From NCBI RefSeq assembly GCF_009914755.1, contig NC_060930.1: DNA of 64,000 bases. The stretch is one strand, 5' to 3'. The translations under genes were made by a program, and so were the position numbers. Below are positions 1-15,959 of this stretch, piece by piece. The number at the start of each line of letters is the position of its first letter. The stretch's first letter is position 1. The DNA is from the human T2T-CHM13v2.0 reference genome, Homo sapiens. The notes below the pieces were generated by a model. That model was not told the origin of the DNA, did not search any database, and worked only from the letters and a program-made list of their open reading frames with translations.

Positions 1-63
1 TGATCCACCCGCCTTGGCCTCTCAAAGTGCTGGGATTACAGGCATGAGCAATTGTACTCGGCC
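1..63 (-). mobile_element. Alu, 5' end only (cut by window edge)
   Basis: tgatccacccgccttggcctctcaaagtgctgggattacaggcatgagc...ggcc is the reverse complement of the Alu left-arm start. Confidence 0.95.
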
Positions 64-129
64 TCAAATCTGCTCTTTCAATATACCAATGATTCTTTCT
101 GAAATATTGAAAAACTCCTTTTTTGTAGT

Positions 130-1150
130 TTAAACTACATTTCTAATCCTCTGCAAAATAAAATAAAACCAGCTATTTTTTGAACTACTTCTGAATAAAT
201 ATTCAGAAGTTCTTCTCTTTCAATTTTTTTGAATAGTGAAGGAAATGGTTTTCTTTTGACAATTTTTAAAAGCATTCTAAGCCCACAAGAAAGAGATTGA
301 GATCTCTTTAAATCTGACTCTGAGAACACAGAAGCTTTCAATAACAATCCAGATTACACTATTATAACATCAACATCTACCTTTCATCTGCAGATCTCAG
401 GAAACATTATAAACACTGTCGCCTCAACCTTTGCATCAGTATTAATATACTCATTTTTAAAGCTGAAAAAAAATGATTTAGGGAGTTTGTAAAAGCCAAA
501 CATGAAATTCTACTCTTCTGTTTAAATGTGCAAAATAAATGGATAAATGACAATGTTTTGGCTAAAAAAGAGGCAGGGCCTTTAGCTTGAAGAAGCAAAA
601 TTGGAGGAGGCAGGACACTGTGACTGAACTCATTACTCTCATTTGATGACATCTGAAAAACATAACTTTTACAGTGCATTTTTCTCACCTCTACTATTGT
701 ACCAGTTTAGTAGAATAGCGATCCTTGAATCAGCAAGAATAGCATGTTACCACCTCAAACTTATCCTAATTAAACTTTCACAAATATTTAATAAAATGTT
801 TATTGTTTACTAAGAAAGTGACCTTTGGTCTGTTGGTACAGCCAAGGTAGATATTCTGAAAAACCTTTGCCTTATAAATGTTTGCGGAACCTCATGATAA
901 AGGTTTCTGAAATGGCATGATAACACCTAGATAAATATTTCAATACATTTGAGGGTGTTTTAAGTAACCATATATTTCCTAAATGATCATTTAACATCTA
1001 AGTAACTTGCTTTTCTGTGAACACTATTCATTTAGGTGTAGATTCTCACATCATCTTTGAGAGGAAGATAAGCATTATTAGTCACTGAGAATTCAGTTAA
1101 CTTCATTGATTCATCTTTCAAAAATAAAATGCTGAATAATTGAAGAGACC
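130..1150 (-). pseudogene. Putative decayed TEX15-domain-like coding relic (multiple stops and frameshifts)
   Basis: One minus frame reads GNIW...SETFIMRFRKHL*GKGFSEYLPWLYQQTKGHFLSKQ*TF...SCLAFTNSLNHFFSALKMSILILM...LNLFLVGLECF...HYSKK. This is collinear with TEX15-domain motifs as I recall them; not verified by search. Confidence 0.5.
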
Positions 1151-2191
1151 AGAGGCCAACAACAGTGTCAAGGTAATTAAAATTACGTAGTTCTTCTTTG
1201 TTTAGAGATAGAAAGGAAGAAACAAATTTGAGTAGAAAGAATACAGAAAAGATGAAGGTCTAGTTAAGAAAAAGACAGGATAAGAAAACAAGAAAAATGA
1301 TAATTCATAAATACTTCAATTTCAGTGGGAAATAAAATCTATAAGCTCTGATGGCATCCTGAATGTTTGTTCTCATTTGCATTTTGGGGTAGTTTTTGAA
1401 GGGAAAACTTTTAGAAGAATTCGGGATATTACCCCAATTCTGATTTTCCAAGCATAAAGAGATTTTCTCTTCTCTTAGAGGCTTAAAATACCTGAAAGTG
1501 CAGAATTATTCATTTCAGAGATTCCTTTGCTTTTTCTAGAAGCCAAAATGTAAGATAAGCATCTGCACAGTGGGCTGGGACCTGTAGTGATCCCTATCCT
1601 TCTCCATACACCAACACCTGAGGGTGTGAACATTCCCATCAGTAACAGAGGTTTCCTGTGGACCAGATTCACAGAGGACCCAGGGCTGAGATGAGTGGCA
1701 GCACTTTGTCCAAATGGTATCTGTGCAGGTAAAAATGAGAAAAAGGTAGCACTCACTCAATTCCCTCCAGGATAGCCAACTGACCAGGCTCAGAAGGGGT
1801 CCCATCCTGCTCCTCAAAAAAGAGGAAATCAGCTCATCACATCAAGAATATTCTCTCTTCTTTTGATCACCACTGTGAGCACACTCATAAGACACTGGCA
1901 CCAGAAAGCAAGAGAGTTGACACAGAAGTGGCTGACCACACACCAAGCCACAAGGGCACAGCCGTGAGTCTTACAGCCCCTCTCAGAGACAGGGAAAAGG
2001 AGGAGATAATAACGACTTGGGTGGAATAGAGGCTTTGAACATGCTAGGAGCAGCTAAACCCAACTGATGAATAACAGAAGCACCAAGAAAGAGTCAAAAA
2101 GCAAGCTTCTGCCCACATTTTCCAGGATGAGCCTATTAAGTCTTATTATGTAGTTACACCAGTACAGAGAGTTCTGGATTTTAAAAATTGA

Positions 2192-4797
<2,606 letters not shown>

Positions 4798-4905
4798 CAT
4801 CTTAGTTGGCTCAGACTGTTGTAACAAAATACCACAGATTGGTGGCTTTAACAACAGAAATTAATTTTTTGACAGTTCTAGAGGTAGGAAGTCTGAGTTC
4901 AGGAC
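4798..4905 (-). mobile_element. MLT1-family LTR, 3'-terminal fragment
   Basis: cttagttggctcagactgttgtaacaaaataccacagattggtggctttaacaacagaaattaatt...gttctagagg matches the antisense MLT1 terminus. Confidence 0.75.
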
Positions 4906-6941
4906 TAGTTTCAAATGGCACCCAGAACAAGAGAAGTCTCTGCAATAAATCCAAGCTGCATGTACTCTGACACTTGGGCCACATGATCCAGCAGATCCAT
5001 GGTGCTTGAAGCAGGAGTAGGGATATGTTTTGGAGGAGCTGGCAGGCCCCTATAGTTGACTCATGGTGCAGACCATTAGGATTTTGGAGCAAAGTCCTGC
5101 CATCTTCTATGGATAACTAATTCTCCTTTGAGAATCAGCTCTTGTCCTGGTACTGGGCCTTAGTAGAGACTGAAGGCTTAACCATGGGCCATCAAGTTAC
5201 CATGCAACCTGAACTGCCCATTGTGAACTGGGTATTATCTGACCTACAATGCCATAAAGTTGAACATACACAGCAGCACTCCATCCTCACGTCCTCACCA
5301 CCTCAAGCGGTATATGTGAGATCAGTCCTGAGAAGGACCTAAAGGCACAAGTAAGTTACATGAAAAAATGACCAAAAGGTCTATGGTTTTTACGCCTGCT
5401 ACATGCTACATTGCCTTCATTCTCCCAGCCTGTAACTATGGCCTCATAGGAAGTTTCCTACAATCAGCTGAGAAAGGAAGAAAAGACTCAGGCCTGGTTT
5501 ACTGATGGTTTTGCACTGTATGCAGGCACCACCACCTGAAAGTGGACAGCTGCAGCACTACAGACACTAAAAGGCAGTGGTGAAGGGAATTCATCCTGGA
5601 AGTGCATCTGATTGTTCACTTTCTTTGAAGAGAGAAATGGCCAGTCATGTGATTATATACCATTTCAGGGACTCTGGCCAATGGTTTAGCTGGATGTTCA
5701 GGGCCTTGGAAGGAACATGATTGGAAAGTTGGTGACAAGGAAATTTGGGTAAGACATATGCAGATAGACCTCTTCAAATGGGCAAAAAGATGTGGAGATA
5801 TTTGTGTCCCATGTGTATATTCACCAAAGGGTGGCTTCAGCAGACGAGGATTTTAATAATCAATTGGATAGAATGATGTGTCCTGTGGGTACCAGTCAGC
5901 TTCTTTCCCCAGCTACCCTTTCATTGCCCAGGGAGCTTATGAACAAAGTAGCCATGGTCACAGGAATGGAGGTTATGCCTGGGCTCAGCAACATGGACTT
6001 CACTTACAAAGGCTAATCTGCTTATGGCCACTGATGGGTGCACAATGTGCCCACAGCAGAGACCAACATTGTTTTCCGAATATGGCACTATTTCCTGGGG
6101 TGATCAGCCAACTACCTAGAGGCAGACTGATTACAATGGACTACATCCATCATGGAAAGGGCAGCATTTTTTCTTTACTGGAATAAATATTTACCCTGAA
6201 TATGGATTTGCCTTCCTTGTACACAGGCTTCTGTCAAAACTACCATACATGGACTTACAGAATGCCTTATTCATTAGCACAGTATTCCACGCACACTTCT
6301 TTGGATCAAGGAACTCATTTCATGGCAAAAGAAATGCAGCAATGGGTTCATGCTCACGGAACTTACCAGTCTTACCATGTTCCTTACCGTCTGGAAGCAG
6401 CTAGTAGCTTGATAAAATAGTGAGATGGCCTTTGGAATATATAATACTCAGATATAATACCAGCTAGGTGTCAATACCTTAAAGAGCCTGGGCAATGTTC
6501 TCTAGAAGACTGTATATGCTTTGAATTGGCATCAAATACGTGGTGCTGTTTCCCCCATAGCCAGGGCTCATTGTTCTAGGAATCAAGAGACAGACACGGG
6601 AGTGGCACCACTCACTATTACCCCTAGTTCACTATTACCCCTCGTGACCCACTAGTAAAATTTTTGCTTCTTGTTCCCATGACCTTATAACTTGCTGGCC
6701 TAGATATCCTACTTTCAAAGGGAGCAAAGAGGAGACACAAAAATGGTATCATTGAACTGGAAATCTGGCCACTTTGGATTCTTCATGCCTCTGAATCCAT
6801 AGTTATAGAAGGGAGTTACTTGCTGGCTGGGGTAATTGATTCTGACTACCAAGGGCAAATTTGACTACTACTCCACAATGGAAGTAAAGAGGAGTATGTC
6901 TGTAATACAGGACATCCCTTAGGGTGTCTCTTTGTATTACA
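4906..6941 (+). mobile_element. ERV-L (HERV-L-like) internal fragment: decayed pol (connection/RNase H/integrase) plus dUTPase
   Basis: Remnants such as PEQEKSLQ, LGPHDPADP, WFTDG, IFVSHV, DQGTHF (integrase) and LAGVIDSDYQG...LLLHNGSKEEYV (dUTPase after IN, typical of ERV-L). Confidence 0.9.
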
Positions 6942-8324
6942 GTGGACTGCTGCCCTCAGGCATTATGGAATGCAGGACTTAAGAACGATGAATTAGGATA
7001 TCTGGAAGAAGAAATATCTAAGTAGCAAAGCATTCAAGCTGCTGAGTGGCTACTTTTAACACATACAGTGAGATGTGAGAAGACAGAGAAAACTTAAAGA
7101 CAGAATTTAAAATTAAAAGAGAAGCAGAATGAAAAGTCTTGAAAAATTTACATTCTGGTCATGTAAAGAGTAAAAAAGCATATTTGGGAGAAAAGACTAA
7201 GGGTGTGGCCAATTGACTATTTGCTGAAGAGATTAATATGGCTAGAAGGAAGCCAGGTGCTATTCATCAAGACAAAGGGAGAAAGACTCCAAATGCATTT
7301 CAGGGATCTCTGAGGCTATCCCTCCCATCACAGGCCCAGAGCTCAAGGAGGTCAGAACAGTTTCAGGGGTTGGGCCTGGGGTAGCCTCTACAGACTTTTG
7401 TAGACTTGCAACCCAGAGCTGCCTTGTGTCTCTGCTCCCTGCATTCCAGAGCAGTGTTCCCACCCCTCTGCTGCTCCTGCTGTGGCTCAAGCAGGCCTAG
7501 GTGCAGCTTAACCCACCACTCCAGAAGGTGAAAGTGGTGTTGTCTGTAGGCCTGCAGAATGCAAGAGGTATACAGGCATAGCTTTCTTCACTTAGATTTT
7601 TTTAAAGGATGTTGTGGATAACCTGGGAGCCCAGGCAGAAACTTGCCACAGATGTGGAGCCACCACAGAGAGCTCCTACTAGGACAACGCTGAGTGGAAA
7701 TGTGGTGTTGGAGCTTCCATGGAGAGTCCTCACAAGGGCAATGTCTAGCGGAGCTATGGCAGTGGGACCACCACGAAGACCCTAGAATTTCAGAGCTAAC
7801 AGTGTGCAACATCAGCCCAGAAGAGCTGCAGACATGAGCTTCCAACCTGAGAGAGCTGACACATGGGTTGAGCCCAGCAAAGCCTTAGGGATAGGGGTGC
7901 CTGAGGTCTTGGGGGCTCAACACCCACCCCAGTGTACCCAGGTTGCAGGACATAGAGTGAAAAGAGATTATTCACTAGCTTAAGATTTAATGTTGTTTTC
8001 TCTGTTGGGTTTTGGACTTACCTAAGACCAGTTACTCTTTCTCTCTCTTTTTTTTTTCCCACCTATTGTTTCACTTTGTAATGGGAATATCTATGCTATG
8101 CCTGTCCCACCATTGTATTTTGGAAGGAGATAATTTCTTTTCATTTCAATGCTCACAGCTGAAGGGAATTTGCCTCTGGATAAATGGTTCCTTGAGTCTT
8201 AACATCCAATTTAGATGAGACTCTGGACTTTGGACTTCTGAGTTAATGCTGGAACAAGTTAAAACTTTTGGGGCTACTAGGATAGAATGAATGTATTTTG
8301 CACATGAAAAGGCCAGGGACAGAA
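6942..8324 (+). mobile_element. MaLR internal sequence (MST/MLT1A-int-like), 5'-truncated
   Basis: ggatatctggaagaagaaatatctaagtagcaaagcattcaag and ttagatgagactctggactttggacttctgagttaatgctgg are MaLR-int motifs, also seen in the THE1-int at 36051-37633. Confidence 0.85.
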
Positions 8325-8710
8325 TGCTATGGTTTTAATGTGCCCTCCAAAACTCATGTTAAAATTTAATTGCCAATCTAAGAATATTGGGAAGTGGGGC
8401 CTTTAACAGGTAGTTAGGTTATGAGGCTTTGCCTTCATGAATGGATTAATGCCATTATCTCAGGAGTGGGTTCCTGATAAAAGGATAAAGTTTGGCACTC
8501 ATTTCTCTCTGCGTCTCATACACTCTAACCCTCTCTCATCATGAAATTACTTCCCCCTGTTATGATGTAATGCAAAGTCCCTTGCCAGATGCTGACACCA
8601 TATTCTTGGACTTCCCAACCACCAGAACCATGAGCCAAATAAACTTTTTTTCTTCGTAAATTACCCAGTCTATGGTATTCTATTATAGCAGTGGAAAATG
8701 GACTAGGACA
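8325..8710 (+). mobile_element. MaLR LTR (MSTC/MSTD-like), 3' LTR of the preceding internal sequence
   Basis: TG...CA termini (tgctatggttttaatg...gactaggaca), AATAAA near the end, preceded by the purine tract ggccagggacagaa. Confidence 0.85.
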
Positions 8711-8734
8711 TAGTACTGTGATGTATACGCATGT

Positions 8735-9830
8735 TTAAATTTTAAAGAAATTGTGAAACTCCTTTTTAAAATACCATTTTACATTTCCACCAGCAGTATA
8801 TGAGAGTTCCAGTTGCTCTGTATCCTCACCAAAATTTTGATACGAAGTCTTGAATTTTATTCACTCTAATGAACATCGACAGTAATATTATCGTGGTTTT
8901 ACTTGGCATTTCCCCTAGTGATTAATCAAGTTGAACATCTTTTTATGTGCTTATTCCTATCTGTATATCTTCTTTGATGAACTATTCATTCAAATCTTTT
9001 GCCTGTTTTAAAAATTAGGTTGTCATTAAATTGGAAGAATTTATTACATATTCTAGATATAGGCTTTTTGTCAGATATTGCCAATATTTTCACTCAATCT
9101 GTGTCTTGCCTTTTTATTTTTGTAAGAATATTGATTGAAGGGCAAACTTTTTAAAAATGGTGCATTAAATTCCATTTATATATTAAGTTTTTTTAGTTCT
9201 TGCTTTTGCTATAGAATTTAAGAAATCTTTGCCAATCCAAAGGTGCACTATATTTTCTCCTATGTTGTCTTACAGAAGTTTTATAATTTTGTTTTACAAT
9301 TATAATTCATTTTGAGTTCATTTGTGTATGTAGTGTGAGTTAATTTTTTTCATTTGACTAATTGTTTGAGCATAATTTGTTGAAAAGATTTTTCTTTCAC
9401 ACTGAATTGCCTTGCTATCTTTGTTAAAAATTAATTGATTATATATGTGTGGATTTATTTCTAGAGTCTCTATTCTGTCCCATTGATAAATATGCCTCTT
9501 TTATACAAATATCATAGTATCTTGACTATTGTACCTTTATAATAAGCCTTAAAATCATCTAGTATAAGTCTTCCAACACTGTTCTCCTTTTTCAAAGTTG
9601 TTATTGCAATTCTAAGCACTTTATATTTCTATATAAATTTTAGAATCAATTTGTCAATTTTTAGAATGAAGTTTGATAGGATTTTGACTAAGATTACATT
9701 GAAGCTATAGATGAATCTGAGAAGAAATGAAATCTTAAAATCATTTTCCACTTCAGAAACACAACGTTTCTCTCTTGTATTTAGTTTTTCGTCAACAATA
9801 TTTTATAGTTTTCAAGTTCTGCATGCTTTT
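8735..9830 (-). mobile_element. Old L1M ORF2 3' fragment
   Basis: ccattttacatttccaccagcagtatatgagagttccagttgctc and other antisense L1 motifs. Confidence 0.85.
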
Positions 9831-9836
9831 TTCAAC

Positions 9837-10202
9837 TCTATTAGTCCATTTTTGCACTGCTGTAAAGAATGACCTGAGACTGGGTAATTTATTTAAAAAA
9901 TGTTTAATTGACCACAGTTCTGCATGGCTAGTGAGGCTTCAGGAAACTTACAATTATGGCAGCAGGTGAAGGGAAAGCAAGGCACATCTTACATGGCAGC
10001 AGGAGAGAGAGAGAGAGCTATGGAGGAAATGCCACATTTTCAAACTATCAGATCTCGTGAGAACTCACTCACTATCACAAGAACAGCATGGGGGAACTGC
10101 CTCCATGATCCAATCACCTCCCACCAGGTCCCCCCCCCTCAACATCTGAGGATTACAATTTGAGATGAGATTTGGGTGGGGACACAGAGCCAAAACATAT
10201 CA
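9837..10202 (-). mobile_element. THE1D/MSTA solo LTR
   Basis: tattagtccatttt...gagatttgggtggggacacagagccaaaacatatca, flanked by tcaac/tcaat (5-bp TSD, 1 mismatch). Confidence 0.9.
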
Positions 10203-10214
10203 TCAATTAATAAA

Positions 10215-10618
10215 TTATTGTAACAAACAACATCAAAATATTAATAGCTTAACATAATTTTTTTCTGCGCTTACATAAATCCCAATTTAGTATTCTGGGA
10301 TCCATCTAGTAATCCCAGGTCCCAAGGTGTTTTCATCTGGTGGCACCACCATCTTTTTGGGTTTCTGAGTCCTCCATTGTATCCTCTGTATCTGCCCAGA
10401 AGGCAGGAGAAAGAACACTGGGGGATCCCTATGGGAAGTTTTCATGAGCCAGGACTGGACACATCCTATATCACTTCTGCCCACATTCTATTGACCAGAA
10501 GCCAGTCACATGGCACCCAGTTAACAATTGTAAGAGAGGCTGTGGAATGTATTCCAGCCATTGTATGGACAGAGGAAAAGGAGATGGGAACTATTTAGTA
10601 CATAGCAGTCTCAGCCAC
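10215..10618 (-). mobile_element. Old MLT1 LTR (MLT1J/K-like)
   Basis: atcacttctgcccacattctattgaccagaagccagtcacatggc motif; ends gtctcagccaca. Confidence 0.7.
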
Positions 10619-11018
10619 ACAGATACACAACTTAGAAAAAATCTCACACGTATGAACAAAGAGATATAAAAGGATATTCAATACAGCATTGTCTGAAAAT
10701 GCAAATGGCCAGAAAAACCTAAATGTCTAATAGCACAAGTCTGAATTGAAAACAGACTTCTTAAGCACAAACCACAAGGCAAAAACTTAGCGGATTTGAC
10801 AGCATTAAAACACCAATGAAAACATTAAGAGAAGAATCAAAGACCGGGAAAAGATATTTATAACATCTAAACTTAAAAACATGCTTGAGAGTAAAAAAGG
10901 GTCCTTTTAATACTTATGTTAGGACGATAGGCATAAATTTGGCATATAGTCTCCTTATCTAAACACGATAAGGTATTAATGACTAGAATATCCACATAAC
11001 CCCACAAATCAATAAGAA

Positions 11019-11312
11019 GGCTGGGCATGGTGGCTCATGCCTGTAATCCTAGCACTTTGGGAGGCCAAGGCAGGAGGATCGCTTGAGCCCAGCAGTTTAA
11101 GACCAGCCTAGGTGACAGGGCGAGAACCTGTATCTATAAAAAAATAAAAAATTAGCTGTATGTAGTGGTGCACACACACTTGTGGTTTCAGCTACTCAGG
11201 AGGCTGAGGTGGGAGGATTGCTTGAGCCTAGGAGGTCAAGGCTGTAGTGAGCCATGTTTGTATCACCATATCCCAGCTTGGGCAAGAAAGCAAGACTCTG
11301 TCTCAAAAAAAA
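11019..11312 (+). mobile_element. AluJ within old L1ME fragments
   Basis: ggaggatcgcttgagcccag and ggaggtcaaggctgtagtgagcc are AluJ diagnostics. Confidence 0.95.
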
Positions 11313-13018
11313 TTTTTTTTAATAAAAATTTAAAAAGAAAATACAGGAAACCCAACAGGAAAGAATGGAGAGGAAAACCGAGTGACCAGTTAGTATATAA
11401 TGAACTGTTCAACAGAAATAGCAGTTATAAAAATGCAAAATAGGAAATACTTTGCACACATCAGATTTGCAAAAATCAAAAGGTCAGATAATATTAAGTG
11501 GCCATTAGGATAGAGAGACTATCCTCACCCTATGCATCTCTTAACCTATATCCTTTGTAATATTCTTTATAATAAACTGGTAAACTACATAACTGTGATT
11601 CTCCTAGACAACGATAGTGATCATCTCCCTTCCTGGGGGCAGTTGCACACAAAGTCAGTATAAAGTGAGAAAAGTAATACCAATATGTTAAGGAAACTGT
11701 GAACAGATTGTCTTCAGTGAAGCAAGATGAACAAAGGAAAAAAGTGGAAAATTAGAAGTTGCTCTGAGAGGCAGGCCCAGCACAGGAGAGGAGTCACCTG
11801 CAATGGCTTTCCTTGTGACTGAGGGTCATGAGATGGGATGCTATAACCAAGCAACATTGTGAAGCTATAGCTCATAAGAGGAGTTGATGACTTAGGGAGA
11901 GGCCAGGTTCTGGCTCAGCCATCCTGACAGCAATGGTAAAGAGTCTTGTGAAAATAGTGTATGATTTGGACATAAAAAAGCCTGGGTTCAAAACCCTCTT
12001 CTGTAAAGAGAAGAACACTGCACCCACCTCTCCCAGTCATTTGGGGGTTAAATCAAAAACCATGAAAAGTGCGTTGTGTAAGGCCATATGGAGTAACTGT
12101 GCAGAATGGCACTCTTGTCCAGCAAAAGAAGAAAGGCCAAGTTCAAGGCAGAAATAGTCTGTTTGAAGGTAGTAACATGCTGTTGAGGCAAAGAGAACTG
12201 TAGGGGCTGAGACTGGAGAGTGTAAAATTGGAGAGAGGTGAGCTGCTGCTAGCAGCCTCTACCTGAAGATCATTCACCTATTCTGGGTCATGGGAGAAGC
12301 TGAGAATCTGGAGATGGCGAAACCAGAGAATTTCCAAAAGAGACATGAAGAGCCTCAAACACACAGCTGGAATTCCTGTCAGGACATTTGCTGAATTGGG
12401 AGTGTATGAGGCTAAAAAAACAGAAGTAGAAAGCCTCTGAGAATCATCAGAGTTTTCAGCAGTTTTATAAGATGAAAATAGGAATTCAAGATCTGCCAAA
12501 GAAGGGGTCCAGGTGAATACACTAGGCTAACAGCCAGGCCAAGGATGGATGGTGACCTGACCTTATTACCATATTGAAAATTGAATTGAGATGGATCATG
12601 ACCAAAATGCAAAAGGTCAAACAATAAAACTTATAAAAATAAACAGGAAAAAAAATCTTCACGGTCTTGGTGTAAAATTTCTGTTTTTTCCTCCAAGTTT
12701 AAAAAATATAATACTCTATTTTGCTTTAAAAACATTTCAACTTTCAAGAGAAATTAAACCTATGTATTAGGAGTAGGGTAGAGGTTGTCTGGGGAGAAGA
12801 GGTGGCTAAAACTGCATGGGGTGTGAATGGGGGCTTGTCACCCTGGGTAGTTGTCACCTAAGTGTGCTCACTTTGTGAAAACTCATCACAATCTATGCTG
12901 TTGAATGCTTGCTCTATATACACTCTTTTGTATTTGTTATGTTATGCTTCAATAAAAACATTAATATGAAAAAAGTGTGCATTTACCACATGACCCAGTC
13001 ATTCCATTTCTGGATTTA

Positions 13019-15403
13019 CAGGCATACTTTGGAGATATTGTGGGTTCGCTTCCAGACTCCCACAATAAAGTGAATATTGCAATAAAACAAGTCACTCAAC
13101 TTTTTTTATTTCCCAGTGCATATAAAAGTTTTGTTTATACTCTACTGAAGTCTATGAAGTGTGTAATGTCATTATGTCTAGAAAACAAGGTACAGATTTT
13201 GTGCAAAAATATTTTATTGCTAAAAATGCTGATAATAATCTCGACTTTAGCAAGTTATAATATTTTTCATGGTAGGTCTTGCCTCGATGTTGATGGCTAC
13301 AGACTGTTCAGGGTGGTGACTGCAGAAGTGTAGAGTGGCTGTAGCCATTCCTTAAAATAAGACAACAATGAAGTTTGCTGCATGGATTGACTCTTAATTT
13401 CCTGAATGATTTTTCTGTAACTTGAAATGCTGTTTGATAGCATTTTACCTACAATACTTTTAAAATTGAAGTCGGTCTTCTCAAATCTTGTCATTGCTTT
13501 ATCAACTAAGTTTATGAAATATTCTAAATCTTTTGTTGTCATTTCAACAATGTTCACAGCATCTTCATCGGGAATAGATTCCACCTCAATAAACTCAGTA
13601 AACTACTCTTTGTTCATTAAAGTTTTATCATGAGATTGCAGCAATTCAGTTACATTTTCCAGCTCCACTTCTAATTTTTTTTTTTTTGAGACAAAGCTTC
13701 ACTCTTGTCCCCCAAGCTGGAGTGCAATGGCATGATCTCAGCTCACTGCAAACCTCCGCCTCCTGGGTTCAAGTGATTCTCCTGCCTCAGCCTCCTGAGT
13801 AGCTGGGATTACAGGTGTCCACCATCACATCCAGCCAATTTTTGTATTTTTAGTAGAGATGGGGTTTCACTATGTTGGTCAGGCTAGTCTCGAACTCCTG
13901 ACCTCAGGTGATCCATCTGCCTCACCCTCCTAAAGTCCTGGGATTACAGGTGTGAGCCACCGCACCTGACCTCCACTTCTAATTTGAGTTCTCTTGCTGT
14001 TTCCACATTTGCAGTTACTTCCTCCACTGAAATATTGAATTCCTCAAAGTTATCCATGAGGGTTGGAATCAACTTCTTCCAAATTCTTGCTAATGTTGTT
14101 ATTTTGACCTTCTCTCATGAATCACGAATGTTCTTAATGACATCTAGAATGGTGAATTCCTTCCAGAATGGTTTCAATTTACTTTCCCCAGATGCATCAG
14201 AGGAATCACTGTCTATGGCAGCTATAGCCTTAGGAAATGTATTCCTTAAAGAACAAGACTTGGAAGTTGAAATTTCTCCTGGATTCATGCACTGGAGAAT
14301 GAAGGCTGTGATGAAAAACACATTAATATCCTTGTACATCTCCATCAGAGCTCTCAGATGACTAGATACACTGTCAATGAGTAGTAATCTATGGAAAGTA
14401 ATCTTTTTTTCTGAGCAGTAGGTCTTAACAGTGGGCTTAAAATATCCAGTAAACCATGGTGCTAACAGATGTGCTGTCAGCCAAGCTTTGTTGTTCCATT
14501 TACGGAACAGAAGCAGAGTAGATTTAGCATAATGCTTAAGAGCCCTAGGATTTTTTGAATGGTATATGGGCATTGGGTTCAACTTAAAGTCACTAGCTTC
14601 ATTAGCCCCTAAAAAGAGAGTCAGCCTGTTGTTTGAATATTTGAAGACAGACATTAACTTCTCCACTCTAGGAGAGTGTTGTGGCTGGTTTGATTTTCTA
14701 TGCAGACCACTCAAACTTTCTCCATATCAGCAATAAGACTGTTTCCCTTTCTTATTCTTCATGTATTCACTGAAGTAGCACTTTTCATTTCCTTCATGAT
14801 TTTTTTTCCTTTGCATTCACAACTAACTGTTTGGCTAACTGCTGAGCTATCTGTTTGGTGCAAGAGGCCTAGTTTTGGCTTATTTCAGCTTTCAACATAC
14901 CTTCCTCATTAAGCTTATTCATTTCTAGCTTTTGATTTAAAGTGAGAGGTGTGTGACTCTTCCTTTCACTTGAACAGTGAGATACCATTGTAGGGTTATA
15001 AATTGACTTAATTTCAATATTATTGTGTCTCGGGTAATAGGGAGCCGTGAGGAGAGGGAGAGAGTTGAGGGGACATCCATTTGGTGAAGTAGTAAGAACA
15101 CATATTTATAGATTAAGTTTACTGTCTTCTATGTGCACGGTTCATGGCACCAAAACAATTACAATGGCAACATCAAAGATTACTGACCACAGATCACTAT
15201 AACAGGTATAACAATAATGAAAACATCTGAAATATTGCAAGAATTATGAAACTGTGACACAGAGATGCAAAGTGAGCACATGCTGTTGAAAAAATGGCAC
15301 TGATAGACTTACTTGACACAGGGTTGCCATAAACCTTCAGTTTGAGAAAAACACAATATCTGCAAAGTATAATAGTGACATTCAATAAAATGAGACATAC
15401 CTG
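13019..15403 (-). mobile_element. Tigger1 DNA transposon, both ends present, internally deleted
   Basis: TIRs caggcatac.../...catacctg with TA TSDs (13017-18, 15404-05); ORFs 14115-14714 and 13297-13584 translate to Tigger1 transposase ([23 protein letters not shown]). Confidence 0.95.
13674..13970 (-). mobile_element. AluS (Sq/Sx-like) inserted in Tigger1
   Basis: Full antisense Alu; TSD (c)tccacttctaattt on both sides. Confidence 0.95.
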
Positions 15404-15614
15404 TATGCTGTAAAGAGACATATATGAGAATATCTCACTGTAGCAAGAGTTGGAGGCAACCTAAGTGCTCACTACTAAAGGAATAGAGAAATCAAATATG
15501 ATGGCAACACATTGTGGAGTACCATGAAGCAGTTAGAAGCAATGAATTATTGGATGAACATGTATATGAGGGAAGATCTTAAAAATCGAAAGATGATTTT
15601 TAAAAATCAAGTTA

Positions 15615-15959
<345 letters not shown>

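Noticed and set aside
130-1150. hAT transposase relic as the explanation for this segment
   Set aside because: No TIRs or recognisable hAT motifs were found; the TEX15-like collinearity fits better, though a Dfam check is still needed
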